50,174 bases of DNA from Proteromonas lacertae (GCA_002245135.1 NGBS01000631.1:1-50174), one strand, 5' to 3'. Shown: positions 11,609-23,247, numbered from the stretch's first letter. The notes: generated from the letters alone by a model not told the origin. A program made the numbers and translations.

Positions 11609-12526
11609 TTAAGCCGATGTTGAAGTCATTGAAATAGCTGCTGGTTGCTCAGGGTTCTGAGGAGTCTCTTGAGGCTGTTGTTGTTGTTGTTGTTGTTGTT
11701 GAACTCCTTGAGGTGCAACTACTTGAGTAGGAGTAGGAGTAGGAATAACTCCTTGAGGAATCATCCCTTGAGGGAACTGAGGTTGTGGAGGCTGATAAGC
11801 ATTCATGGAGATGTCCTTGATCTCGTAATGAGGAAAGATACGTACAGGTTGAATAAAGTTACCTCCTGTTGTAGTTCCATCGCTAGACACTTCCTTACCG
11901 GGATAGATAACTGAATCCTTGATCACTAGCAAGAACATGAAGACTTTACCGACGTTACTATAGATGTTCTGCTTAAAGGCCAAGAGCTTCTTGGTGCTTC
12001 TCTTCCAGAGAGTTGCACTGAGAGTACCTGATCGAGGAGTTGAAACATAGGTGGTGTTGGTGATCTGAAGATGCTTAGGGAAGGTTGGATCTTGTTGAGT
12101 TGCCATGGCCACGTTGTATCGTAAGCTCTTGATAAACATCTCGGTGTTGTTGGAGTCAATGAAGAAGGACATCACCCTGGTAACATTCAACTGGAGGTAG
12201 TAGTTGGTATCATACTCGGAGATCTTTTCAACCATGGCTTCAACGTAGAAGGGTACTTGATCTTGCTTAAGGAAGTAGTGCCAGTACTTACCACAGATAC
12301 GGAGCTGGGGCTTCTCAGGTTGTAATTGTCGTTGTTGTTGGGCAGCTCCGGGAAATGCAAAGGAATTTGAAGGAGCCGATGGAGACATCATCATCACTGG
12401 CTGGGATATCACGGGTTGATTCATCATTGGTAAGACTGAAGCTGGATTGAAAGAAGGAGCTGTCATAGGAGCAGGCATTGCTAAGTAAGGAACTTGTTGC
12501 ATAGCTGGTTGATTGAAAGAGTTCAT
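11609..12526 (-). CDS. Viral orphan protein with P/Q/M-rich flanks and a globular core
   Basis: ORF 11609..12562; likely start MNSFNQP at 12526; polyQ near the C-terminus. Confidence 0.7.
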   Translation of the reverse strand: MNSFNQPAMQQVPYLAMPAPMTAPSFNPASVLPMMNQPVISQPVMMMSPSAPSNSFAFPGAAQQQRQLQPEKPQLRICGKYWHYFLKQDQVPFYVEAMVEKISEYDTNYYLQLNVTRVMSFFIDSNNTEMFIKSLRYNVAMATQQDPTFPKHLQITNTTYVSTPRSGTLSATLWKRSTKKLLAFKQNIYSNVGKVFMFLLVIKDSVIYPGKEVSSDGTTTGGNFIQPVRIFPHYEIKDISMNAYQPPQPQFPQGMIPQGVIPTPTPTQVVAPQGVQQQQQQQQQPQETPQNPEQPAAISMTSTSA

Positions 12527-12580
12527 AGGAAACGATAAGTAGTGAAAGATAAGATCGACCAAGAAATATATGACTGAAGT

Positions 12581-12622
12581 GAACCTAAGAAGAAACCTAA
12601 GAAGGAACCTAAGAAGGAACCT
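12581..12622 (+). repeat. 12-bp tandem repeat (AACCTAAGAAGG-like, ~3.5 copies)
   Basis: gaacctaagaagaaacctaagaaggaacctaagaaggaacct. Confidence 0.8.
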
Positions 12623-12743
12623 TCAAAGGGATCGTAGAACCATCCTAGTCTTTACAATTGGTTTCCACGGTTCTGTAGATGAACTTTTCTTTGGAAGAGT
12701 TCTTCTCGTAGAATACTCCTTGAAGATCATCCTGTAAGAGATC

Positions 12744-12862
12744 TTCCCGTAGGGAAAGTAGACCCCGTTGAGAAGTAGACCCTGTTAGGAGGAATCCCGT
12801 AGGCACCTCACGTAAATGGGACTATGGGATATTGTCACAGAGTCCTATTTATATACTATATA
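12744..12862. repeat. Right terminal inverted repeat with terminal hairpin
   Basis: Inverted match to 4194-4295 and 4063-4106. 12813-12851 (TAAATGGGACT...AGTCCTATTTA) is self-complementary. Confidence 0.9.
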
Positions 12863-12868
12863 CATTAC
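12863..12868. repeat. Right 6-bp target-site duplication CATTAC
   Basis: Identical to 4057-4062. Confidence 0.95.
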
Positions 12869-15800
12869 ATTGTGTTTCTGCTGTATTATCACTTGCAACA
12901 CATTCAATATGAGTTGGTTCAGATGTAAATGTTATTGTATAATACACAGAACTTGATGTTGAATTATTACTTCTGATTACATTCACCTTTCCTACTGTTG
13001 GTGCATTTTCTAATACTTCTTGTAATTGATATGATGACATTTCATATGGTTTATTTATTGGTTTGTAATCAGTAATAAAAGATGCTGTTACATTTAAATT
13101 ATTTCCTTTTGTTTCTTCATCTTTTGTTTTATTAAATGTTAATACATAATTACTATCTATTAAACATACAAATGTGTAAATATAAGTTGTATTTTCATAG
13201 ATTTCTCTAAATTGATTACATCCATCCATTGTCATTATCCTTCTTGGTTCATTCATATCTAAATTAAAAGTTTTTCCTGTACTACTTTCATAAAATCCTA
13301 TTGTTCCATTTGATAATTCATTATTCAAACCAACTAAGACAATTCTATAGAAATGTGAATATAAATTCACTTCTGTTTCACTACCAGTAACATTCTTAAT
13401 TGCATAAGTCAAATCAATATCAGATATTACTCTGTCAGGATAAGTAAATGCATGAATTACATATACTTCATTTATTATTGGTGCTTTTACTATCAATCTC
13501 TGTATTTCTGGTCTATAATTAGCTGTTAAGGTTATTGACTGTATTTCACTAATCTTTGGTGTTCTTGTTACAGTTAAACTAGTTGGTGGATATGGTAATG
13601 TCATTGGTTTACTGGTAATATATGGACAATAATTACTAAAGTAAATATTTCCATCTGGAGATATTGTTACTGTTCTAATATGGATATAATATATTGTTGG
13701 TTCTAAATTAGTAAGAGTATATTTCAACGGTAAATAACCATTATTTAATTCAGTAATTACTGGATAAAGTGTTTCTTCACCATCTTTAGTTATTCTACAT
13801 GTAAATGGTAATATATCTTCAGCAATATTTTCATAGAATATTTGATATCTTTTACCTGTTTCTCTGTACAATTTCAATTCTTGGTATTTATCTCCAACAT
13901 ATGGTGGATTTATAGTGATTGAATTACTTTCAATATTTATATCAGTTATAGTGTATAATTTTGTCTTTCTATATATAGAAGTATCTTTAATATTCAATGG
14001 ACAAGTGATTGTAGTAATTAAATTATTCTTTTCAATTATCTTAACTTCATCAAAATTAATTTTATTATTATCATCTCCATTCAAACAATAACTATTGTCA
14101 AAGAAACTAACAAAACTATTAATCTTACAATTCTCAGTAGTGTAGCATTTAGTGTCAATGTAATAAACATCAACAATATTATTATTCTCTCTTATATCTA
14201 CATACACTTGGAAGTTAAATATGTTTGTAAATACTGATGATACACCATAATAATTGTTTCTACTTGTTATACAAGAACCAAGATCACCGAACAAAAATGA
14301 TTTAAATGGATTAGTTCTGTTATACTTTGCTTGAATTCTTTTTGTTCCTATTGGACAAACATTCTCTAATTCCAATTTATCTATATTATTTCTATAATTA
14401 CTAATAATGTTAAGTTCAATTGTCTTTTCTTTAACTAATTCCTTCATTATCATTGAATTAGGGAAAGTCTTTTCTGTATCTGTTATTATAGTTATAGAAT
14501 TATTATTATTATTCAAATTACTTTTAAATGTAATATTATCAAATTGAATTGTATTCTTAAAGAATTCTTTTGTTTCACTTTCATCTGATAATGGTTTACT
14601 GTATTTTCCATCATATACTAATATGGTATAATCATCGTTATTTATAGTCATTGTATTATTATTTACATTTGGACAATAATTCACTGATAATAATGAAAAG
14701 TCAATCATATTCATAATATTAGAATGGATTAATTGAATTTCATTTATTTTTGTTGAGTAAGTCATTAGATCATCTACAAATGTCAAATTCAATAAATTCA
14801 CATATAAGTCATTCATATTACTGTTTTTATTAATACAGAATGTACTATATCCATTGTAAGTTAATGAGAACGATTCTTCTTCTTCATTTATGTTAATATG
14901 CAATAACAAGGTATCAATATTATAATATGTAAATGATTTATCACTTTCCATTTTATTATCATTTACTATATAATATTTTGATTTTATACTATGGTTATTA
15001 CTATTGTCATTTGGTTCATAAATATATCTCAAAGCTCTATCATTCATTGTTGATAATATGATATTTATATTCAAATATTCATTTATAACTTCAATACTTG
15101 GTGATTTAAGCGAATGATCTGTAGAATTTGCTAAATATGTTGGAATACCAGTAAAATCAAGATAATATAAATCAGTATATTCAGTTATATTTGTATCTAA
15201 ATATTGATCATTCTGTTTGAATTTAAACTCCATTTCTAAATCACTATCTTTTGGTAAATTACTGGCATATTTGATGATCAATTCAATTTCACTATTCTTA
15301 TTTTCATCTTCATCATCTTCGTTATATATTTCAATATATAATTCATCATTTGGTATTAATTTACTCATTATCTTATAAACACTACTAACATTCACTTTCT
15401 CCATTACATATTCATGTGAATTATATTCAATTGTAAGATTTCTATTAGCAAAAACTCCAGCTTCAATTTGCACCAATTTATTATAACTATAATCAAAAGT
15501 AACAATCTCATTACATGATAGTAAACTAAAATCTTTATTGAATTCACTTTCTTTTATTGACATATTATAGAATATGATAGTTATGTTAATTGAATAAGTA
15601 TCAACTCCTTTTCTGAAGTATGAATAACTATATTCATACTGCGATGTTTCATTTGTGAAATTCATCATCGATTTTAATGTATTAATTATTAACTCATTTT
15701 GGTCATAAGATAAACAATATGACATTTCTGATTTGTATTTAATCATAAAATGTGGTGAAACTATAAATTTATCAATTATCACTTTTTGTGTTTGTAATTG

Positions 15801-17842
15801 TGTAACTGTAAATCTTGGACATTTGTATATCATTGTATTATTCTTTATACTTTCTAAGATACTTTCATCAGCTTCAAAGAAATAAGGATCAGTGAAATGA
15901 ATAGTATATGATATAATGTGACTATCTTCATAATATTTAAGTGTTAAATCAATATCTCTATCAAATAGTAACTCTTTCAATTTCATTAATAATAACGTTG
16001 AATTCAATGGGTTGTATAAACATAAAGTGTCAATTCCATCATATATAATACCAACAGAATAATCCTTTAGATCTTCTAATGAAATATTGATTGTTAGTTT
16101 TGGTGTGTATGTATGTTTAATTTCATATTCAGCATCATTTATCATTACTGTATCATCATCAGTTATATATTTTCTATAGTTTGAATCAAGTGTAATAATA
16201 TTCCTATTATTCTCAGCTTTCTCTGATAATAATATATCACCATTTGTGCCATTTAATTGTTTTGCATTTTCTTCATCACTATATTCTCCTTCTATTCTGA
16301 TTGTATCACCTACAGCCAATACTGAACCAATATTTACATATTTATCTGAATCAACTGTTATTATATTAGATTCTTTAGCTGTTTCTCCTCTTATATTCTC
16401 AATTTCTGTTGTTAAAACAGAATCAATTGTATTTATTCTCACATCACCATATGACATTAAATCAAATAAACTATAAGCAATAAATGATGGATTTGATATA
16501 TTCAAACTATATTCTTTAGACTTCTTACCATTACTATATTCACTTTGGAATTTATACAATGTGGTAAACTCATGAGTACATTCATTAATAATCTGTTGTT
16601 GTTACTTCTACTCTTCCTACATTTGGTAATTCTTCTAAAATCACTTTCATTTCTTCAGCTGTTGTTTCTACTGATATATCTCTTGAATAATATATATTCT
16701 TATCAACACATAATATACATTCTCTTGTATCAAGTAATAAACGATAATAACCTAATAAATGATCAGTACCAGGGTTTGAATAATGTAAAACAACACAGTA
16801 TCATCTTGAATATCAACATTATTGATTGTATATGTTGGACCTTTAACAATTGTTGGAAGTAATTGATGATATTTTGATAATATACCCCACATTAATTTAC
16901 CATCTTCATTCTTTATCATTTCATTATCATTAAATTCTATTGTCCAAGCTTGTAATCCAATATTTGAATCTTCTACTGTTGTTGATACTGTTATTGTATT
17001 ATAAATACCTTTTGCTCCATATAATTCACCAAATTTATAAGCTAAAACATCAATTGTGTCATTCAGATAAAATTCAATTTGTTTTGTTGGGAATTCTGGT
17101 AAAGATAAGATAAACGAACCAGATAAATGTCCTCCATATATTGTATTTACTGTAATATTAACTATTGGCTTGAAATTACTACTTGATAATGTTATTTCAT
17201 CTTGTTTTCCTGTTAAAGATTCTCCAACATATGTAACTATTATTGATAATGATAATTGTCTATTGGGAGGTGTTATTTTTACATCTATATTTCCTTCACC
17301 AAATAACTTATCTAATTGTTCTTGCACTCTTTCTTTTAATCCTAATTGGCCTTCTGTATCATTAAATACTGGTAAAAATGAAATACTATCTGTTTCAAAT
17401 TCTTGATATTTCAATTTAAAATCACCATTTGAATCTGGTCCTTCTTCTAATAATTCATGTTTAATAGTAATCATTTCTTTCTTATCACTAGTAATAGTTG
17501 CAATGGAAGGATGTTTGCCATAATAACCAGTATATTCTATCATTATTACAAATCCACCTAAATAATATTTATCATTATTTTCTTTATTGTATGTCAATGT
17601 AATATCACTTCTTTTTCTATAATTTGGTATTTCAACTGATACTACTTTTCCAATATCATACATAACTGTCATATTGAAAGAATCAACAAAATATCCTTCT
17701 TCAATATTTTCTATACTTGATTCAAATTCAACATCTTTATTCTTTTCAGACAATGATATTGTTGGTATTGGAATAGAACCTTCAAAATTATAATAAATAA
17801 TAAAGTCTTTACCTCCTTTTTCATTTACATTTACAACTACCT
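12869..17842 (-). pseudogene. Giant FN3-repeat surface protein, upstream segment (5' end not seen)
   Basis: ORFs 16752..17753 and 12849..16559 are joined by 1-bp shifts near 16800 and 16590. Repeated LEELPNVGRVEV/LENAPTVGKVNV and FN3 (LTNLEPTIYYIHIRT) motifs. The frame opens near 17842-17860 without an ATG. Confidence 0.8.
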
Positions 17843-18243
17843 TAAAAACAGTGGATTTTACCTAATGAATACAGTTTTAGTTACACTGATGTGATAGAAC
17901 CAAAGAGAAAACTTAGAATTGTCCAAAATGATGTATGGAGTGCTCCTAAAAAGGTATTGTTGATTTAACCAATGAGAAAGTCAAACGTACATTCCCTATT
18001 ATGTGCACAAAAAATATTATTATACTTTTATGAATTATTGAACATTTAGATAAAATATTGTTACTTTTATACTTACTTTGTCATATAACCAATTTCTGCA
18101 ATATATTTTTTGATAACTTTAGTATTGTATATATAAAACATATTTAATTTCATTTTTCGTTTAGTGTTTCATTCACTACTATTTAACTTTTTACATATTA
18201 TTTTAGATAGGTACATCTTCTTTTGTTTTAACCCTTAATGTTA

Positions 18244-19062
18244 TTAAAATTTTAGTGAGTGGTATAATCTATTACAATGAGATGAATTTTTCATTATATT
18301 TTTCCATTCTTCTTTTGATACTCTTGTATTATATGCATATTTATAACCTATATCATTATCGTATATTCTATGATAACTTAAATTTAAAAATAGTGCATAT
18401 TCTACATTTCCATGTTCTGATTGAGTATGAAAATTTCTTTTTAGAAAAGATTTAATTTTATTGCTATACTTTAAGCTCCATCTCTGAATATGTTCACTTG
18501 TTATATATCCTGTTCCATTAAACTTTTCATTTCTATACTTCATATACTCTCTTGTACAACAATAGTACCATACTTTATTATTTTTAAGATACTTTGTAGT
18601 TACTAAATCTGCAGTAATGTTATCATATCTTAAGAAAAAATCATTTATATCTCCTGAATATCCAATATCTTGTTCTAGTATCCAAACATATTTGAATGAA
18701 TATCTCTTTCTTAATCTATTTATACATATTATAATATGTTCGATGTGAAATACCCACATATAATACTGCTTATTTTTTTTCCTACAAATTCCAGTTTGGT
18801 ATAATGATGGATAATGTTTTATTAATTCATCGAATGATATACAATATGTTTGTGAATTATTTACATATTTTTCACAATTTACATCTGTTAAATAAATATA
18901 TCTATATTTCTCATTTGATTTATTTTCCCAACTATTAAATCTATATAGTTGATCAGTTGTGGGATTATGATATCGTATAAGAATTAAGTATTTATAAAAT
19001 ATAAGATTTGATTTATATATAAAAAAGTATGTCATTATAATAAGTGAAATAACAAATATCAT
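18244..19062 (-). CDS. Putative glycosyltransferase-like type II membrane protein
   Basis: N-terminal transmembrane (TM) segment; YVWILEQDIGYSGD and terminal LYHSLK motifs. Confidence 0.55.
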   Translation of the reverse strand: MIFVISLIIMTYFFIYKSNLIFYKYLILIRYHNPTTDQLYRFNSWENKSNEKYRYIYLTDVNCEKYVNNSQTYCISFDELIKHYPSLYQTGICRKKNKQYYMWVFHIEHIIICINRLRKRYSFKYVWILEQDIGYSGDINDFFLRYDNITADLVTTKYLKNNKVWYYCCTREYMKYRNEKFNGTGYITSEHIQRWSLKYSNKIKSFLKRNFHTQSEHGNVEYALFLNLSYHRIYDNDIGYKYAYNTRVSKEEWKNIMKNSSHCNRLYHSLKF

Positions 19063-19210
19063 AGTATTAAATTTAGAATATATTTGCGAAACATGGTTAA
19101 AAGAAACTGCTTATAAGAATTATAGAAGTTTGAAATAGACATTTGTCACAGTTAGTAGTTTGTCAGTATTTGTAAATGAAGGTTTGAATAGCATATTTAA
19201 AATGATCATG

Positions 19211-19260
19211 TGACAAATTAACTATGTATTCTAAAATAACTTACTATAGTTAATTTGTCA
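19211..19260. repeat. 15-bp perfect inverted repeat
   Basis: TGACAAATTAACTAT (19211-19225) and ATAGTTAATTTGTCA (19246-19260). Confidence 0.8.
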
Positions 19261-20223
19261 ACTATACAAGCAGAGATAAACTATACGTTTTTATTCCTAT
19301 TTACAAAAGTGACGGGATGGAACATGTCAAGGGACAAAAAATAAAAAGGGGCAATGTATCACCATTAATTTAATTAATTATTTTTATTTACAACAAATAT
19401 TAATCTGTTATTATTTTTATGTGTCCTCATCAAAAAAACAGATATTTATCTTTGCACAACAAATGAAAATTTGATAATTACAGCATTGAGGTATAATTTA
19501 ATTATTATTTATAATAATAATTACTATCATTCAACTGTTATTAAATATTATCTTGTAAAAGGATTAAAAATGTTATAAATATTACTAAAGAATCAGATAA
19601 TCACAACATAATTTAATATTACTATCCACAATTATATAATATTTAGTATTAATAATAATAATAGTATTAATAATATACTCATTGTAAAATAAAAGAATAG
19701 AAATTCTTGAAAAGGCTTGAAAAGGCTTTATAAAAAGTATAAGTGCAAGGTGGTATATTTATCATGCAACAAATGTTGTTAAGTATAAGTATTATGAAAT
19801 ATTGTATAAGTAAGTTGCAAAACACTGTAATGAATTCAAAATACTCATTTTGATCTAATGTCTCTAGATGTTTGATGTGAATTAACTTCTAATTATCAAA
19901 CTTACATGAAAAGCAATAATAAACTGATATAGCTGACTTTGCTTCTTCTTTAATTTTTTGCTGTCATTATAAGCCAAACTTTGAATATACATTTCGTCAT
20001 AAAATGTCATAATGTAGGTATACATAACCACCTATTGTTTTTTGACCCTTAGAAACATAATTAGACAATAAAAAATACATCAATCGATTTGGAATATTTT
20101 ATTATGGTTTCTAAGGACACCTATAAGTTACGCTAGACTCATACATGCCCTTATATTAAACTTTCGCCTTATTCGATTATCTAATTAGATTTCAAAATAA
20201 ACTAAAACAATCGATACATATAT

Positions 20224-20267
20224 CATGATCACCATATGGTGTGATATTACACCATATGGTGACCATG
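20224..20267. repeat. 44-bp nested palindrome
   Basis: CATGATCACCATATGGTGTGATATTACACCATATGGTGACCATG; each arm contains the palindrome CACCATATGGTG. Confidence 0.85.
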
Positions 20268-20399
20268 CTATGTTATAAAAAACAAAACAAAAAAATAGAG
20301 TTCAAACAAAATTCATTTTAAATACTAACCCAAACAAAACATAATCAATTCAATATAGTTAAAGATTTAATAATCTGATTACATATGAGATTCCATAAT

Positions 20400-21720
20400 T
20401 TCGATTTAGTTAGCTGGCATTAGGATTGGATTTTGAACTGTTGGCTGGGCTATTGGGATTGAAGGAACATAGGAATTCACCTGGTACTCGATTATCGGAT
20501 AGCTGTCTCCTTGAACTTTATTGAGACCTTGGACATTCTCACCGAGTGAATTCCTAGCTCCGATGGCCCCTTCTACCTTCATTCCACGGTTTGTTATTCC
20601 TGACTGATTCTGGGTAAATGAGTTGTTGGCATTACCAAAGGTGTTGATCGCCTTGAGTTGTTGGTATTGCAAGGGGTCATGATGGAGTTCTGATAGTCCA
20701 CATACTTCTGGTAATCATCAGCAAAGTAAGTTGCTGAAGGATGCACACTGAGCTTCTTAAGTTCCTCTTCATCTAGCAACTTTCTAAGGTCGGGGTTCTT
20801 TACGAGGAAATGATCGTTATAGGACTTGCTAGCTATGTACTTCTCCTGAGTTCACCACTCTCCTCTATGTTGTTCTGCAAGGGATTGGTCTTAATGATTG
20901 ATAAGGAATTACATTCTCTGTCTTGAGTATCATCGGTGTTGTTTATCTTGACCTGTAAATCCTTCCTAAGCTTCTGTTGTAGCGCCTTCAAAACTCTTGA
21001 AGTAAGCTTCTTCTTGTTCATTGAGTTGGTTCTTGTGTCGTCAATAGCAACGATGTCGGGGATGGGAATGGGTATTGCTGGACCTTTGGATGTTCTTCTT
21101 CTTCTTATTCTACTAGCATTTATCAGCTTCTGGATGTTGCTTAAGCATTGCTTTGGATCATTGACAATCAGGTTACATTCTTCTTCTTCTTCAGGCTGTT
21201 GTAGTTGTGGATCTTCAAGGGGTTGGTTCATCATTGGGAAAGACTTTACTACTTGCAGACGATAGACAATGACTTTGTTGGTGCTTCTACGGCTCCATGT
21301 TTTACCACCTTTATTTCTCTTGGCCTTATGATGTTATGCTTTACCGTGTATATCACCTTGCTTTTCTTAAAGAAGTTACCTATGTCCTGAAAGCATCCCT
21401 TGCCTTTGACTTTTGCCTTCTTCGATTGTTGGTTCTCAAGGAAGCTGCTATAAAGGGTGGGACTATAATAACAGTAAGATCCTCGTCATAGCATTGATCG
21501 GTAAGATCTTACTTTGGAATTGTAGGCATGGATAGGCATCTTACTTTGACCTTGGAATTAATAAACTGAAATGTCATTCTCAAAAGCTATCTAAACGTAG
21601 AAACCCTCGTGGTTTCTTCAGTCTAGTACTTTCGAGGACTTAACCATTTGGCAGCTTGTTAACAATTGTAAAGATCAGATTCTACGATTAGGTTCCACGA
21701 TTTTATTAAAATCCTTGTAG
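20400..21720 (-). mobile_element. Truncated remnant of a virus related to the 8.8-kb element
   Basis: Same raised GC and codon style. The reverse complement of 21590-21715 matches non-coding motifs at 4435-4530 and 4685-4728. TPLQYQQLKAINTFGNAN resembles SPARELYKANMINQYGKAN of the 7665 gene. Broken ORFs 20833..21234, 20594..20779 and 20406..20672. Confidence 0.75.
21249..21539 (-). pseudogene. Small basic viral protein with GxG plus amphipathic helix (core/membrane-lytic-like); not in the ORF track
   Basis: MPIHAYNSKVRSYRSML*RGSY...KVKGKGCFQDIGNFFKKSK...; in-frame TGA at 21486-21488. Confidence 0.55.
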
Positions 21721-21739
21721 ATAGTATTAAAATAAAATC

Positions 21740-21975
21740 CTTGTTCAAAATCTAATTTATAAAAAGCTGGAATTGGAGTTGGATTAGTTATTGTAAATTC
21801 TTTTGTTTGAGTATCTAAACAAGTTGTATCACCTTATTTCTCATTATTATTTGCTCTTTTTAATGCAAATTCAAAATGATCACTAAATTCACCAAGAGTT
21901 GAACTTGTATAAGATACTTCGATTGTTACACTTTCTTCTATACCTAATTCACCTTCTACACCTCCTAGTACACCA
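21740..21975 (-). pseudogene. Fragment of an ASH-domain (Hydin-like) host gene
   Basis: My translation: GVEGELGIEESVTIEVSYTSSTLGEFSDHFEFALKRANNNEK*GDTTCLDTQTKEFTITNPTPIPAFYKLDF, resembling consecutive Hydin ASH domains. Confidence 0.45.
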
Positions 21976-22006
21976 AATCAAACCAAATCAGATTTTATCT
22001 CAATAC

Positions 22007-23188
22007 ATGAATAATATATTAAAATTTCATTTGTTAAACGTACAAAATATTATTCTTTCTCTATTAATATTATTTATCTATTATGTCTATGTTAATAATA
22101 GATGTATATCCTTGTTAGAGAAAAGTTATACTTGCAATTATGAATATGAATCTAATATTAATTATGAAATAAAAATATATTCTTCAAATATAATAAACAA
22201 TAATGTAATAATTCTAATAGGAGTATCAAATCCAGATAAAAATAAATTATATAATTGTAGTATATTATATAACAACTATATTGCTCCATGTAACTACAGC
22301 TACAAATTTAAGAATAAACTAAATAAAAACAACATATTAACATACATATCAATATTTGTATCATTCAATTATATAAGAATTACACCTAAAGCAATAAAGT
22401 TTAATAACAAAATATTACCATTATTATTTTATAAGCCTTCTAAAAAATATAATATAATATTAGCAATTGTAAATTTTTTTGATATACAAAACTACAAACA
22501 AGTAATTGACGTAATAGAAATATCTAAATTATATGGAGTAGACCATATTGTGATATATGTAACTTCATCAACAGTATTTATAAAATCAATTTTATTTCAT
22601 TATTCCAAAAATAAATATGTTGAATTAATACCATTCTGTTTCAATAAGGAATTAAAATATGTTCATTCACATGGACAGGTTGAAAAAATTAATGATGTAT
22701 TATATAGGTATATGTATTATACCAATTATATTATATATAATGATATTGATGAAGTTATATTACCAGTTAAATCTAACAATTATTTATCATTATTAAAGTT
22801 GACAGATAATTATTCTAGTGATATATACTTGTTCAAATCAAAATTATTTTCTTATTATTCTAAAGAATATCATTCATTCACAAAATATAAAAAATATTGT
22901 TCCATTAGAAAAGGATATGAAAAGTATATTGTAGGTAATTTATACAAATTTTCTATACTTGATGTTCATATATATAAGGAGTCAATATTACCAATAAAAT
23001 TGAAAATTGTGAATGAAACAAATGGATATGTTAGACATACAAGATATAATGGACATATGTGTAAGTTAGACTCAATTGATTTATCATTTAAGAATTTAGA
23101 AGATTTTTTATATTCAAAATATAAAATATTTGAAAATCTCTATCAAATTAATTATAATACTTTTTATTATGGTAAAAATGCTGTTTAA
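22007..23188 (+). CDS. Glycosyltransferase family 92 (DUF23)-like
   Basis: TM anchor; LYGVDHIVIY, GQVEKINDVLYRY, YNDIDEVILP. ATG 22007 preferred over GTG 21899. Confidence 0.8.
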   Translation: MNNILKFHLLNVQNIILSLLILFIYYVYVNNRCISLLEKSYTCNYEYESNINYEIKIYSSNIINNNVIILIGVSNPDKNKLYNCSILYNNYIAPCNYSYKFKNKLNKNNILTYISIFVSFNYIRITPKAIKFNNKILPLLFYKPSKKYNIILAIVNFFDIQNYKQVIDVIEISKLYGVDHIVIYVTSSTVFIKSILFHYSKNKYVELIPFCFNKELKYVHSHGQVEKINDVLYRYMYYTNYIIYNDIDEVILPVKSNNYLSLLKLTDNYSSDIYLFKSKLFSYYSKEYHSFTKYKKYCSIRKGYEKYIVGNLYKFSILDVHIYKESILPIKLKIVNETNGYVRHTRYNGHMCKLDSIDLSFKNLEDFLYSKYKIFENLYQINYNTFYYGKNAV

Positions 23189-23247
23189 GTTACTAATTTA
23201 GCAGTTGCAAATCATTTAAAAATATGTTTAGTTAAATTGACGTGTAA

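Larger units (their letters stand above)
4063..12862. mobile_element. 8800-bp endogenous Polinton-like/virophage-like virus, apparently non-autonomous
   Basis: Sharp rise in GC; 6-bp TSD; TIRs starting TATATAGTATATAAAT; compact intronless genes; recognisable minor and major capsid proteins. Confidence 0.9.

Noticed and set aside
12581..12622. CRISPR-like array (also considered 24134-24166 and 4237-4359)
   Set aside because: Short tandem repeats without unique spacers, no cas genes, eukaryotic context.
4063..12862. LTR retrotransposon or cut-and-paste transposon
   Set aside because: No long direct terminal repeats and no reverse transcriptase, integrase or transposase motifs; capsid-like genes are present instead.
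21899..22006. N-terminal extension of the GT92 ORF from GTG 21899
   Set aside because: It is the antisense of the Hydin-like fragment; ATG 22007 directly precedes the TM anchor.
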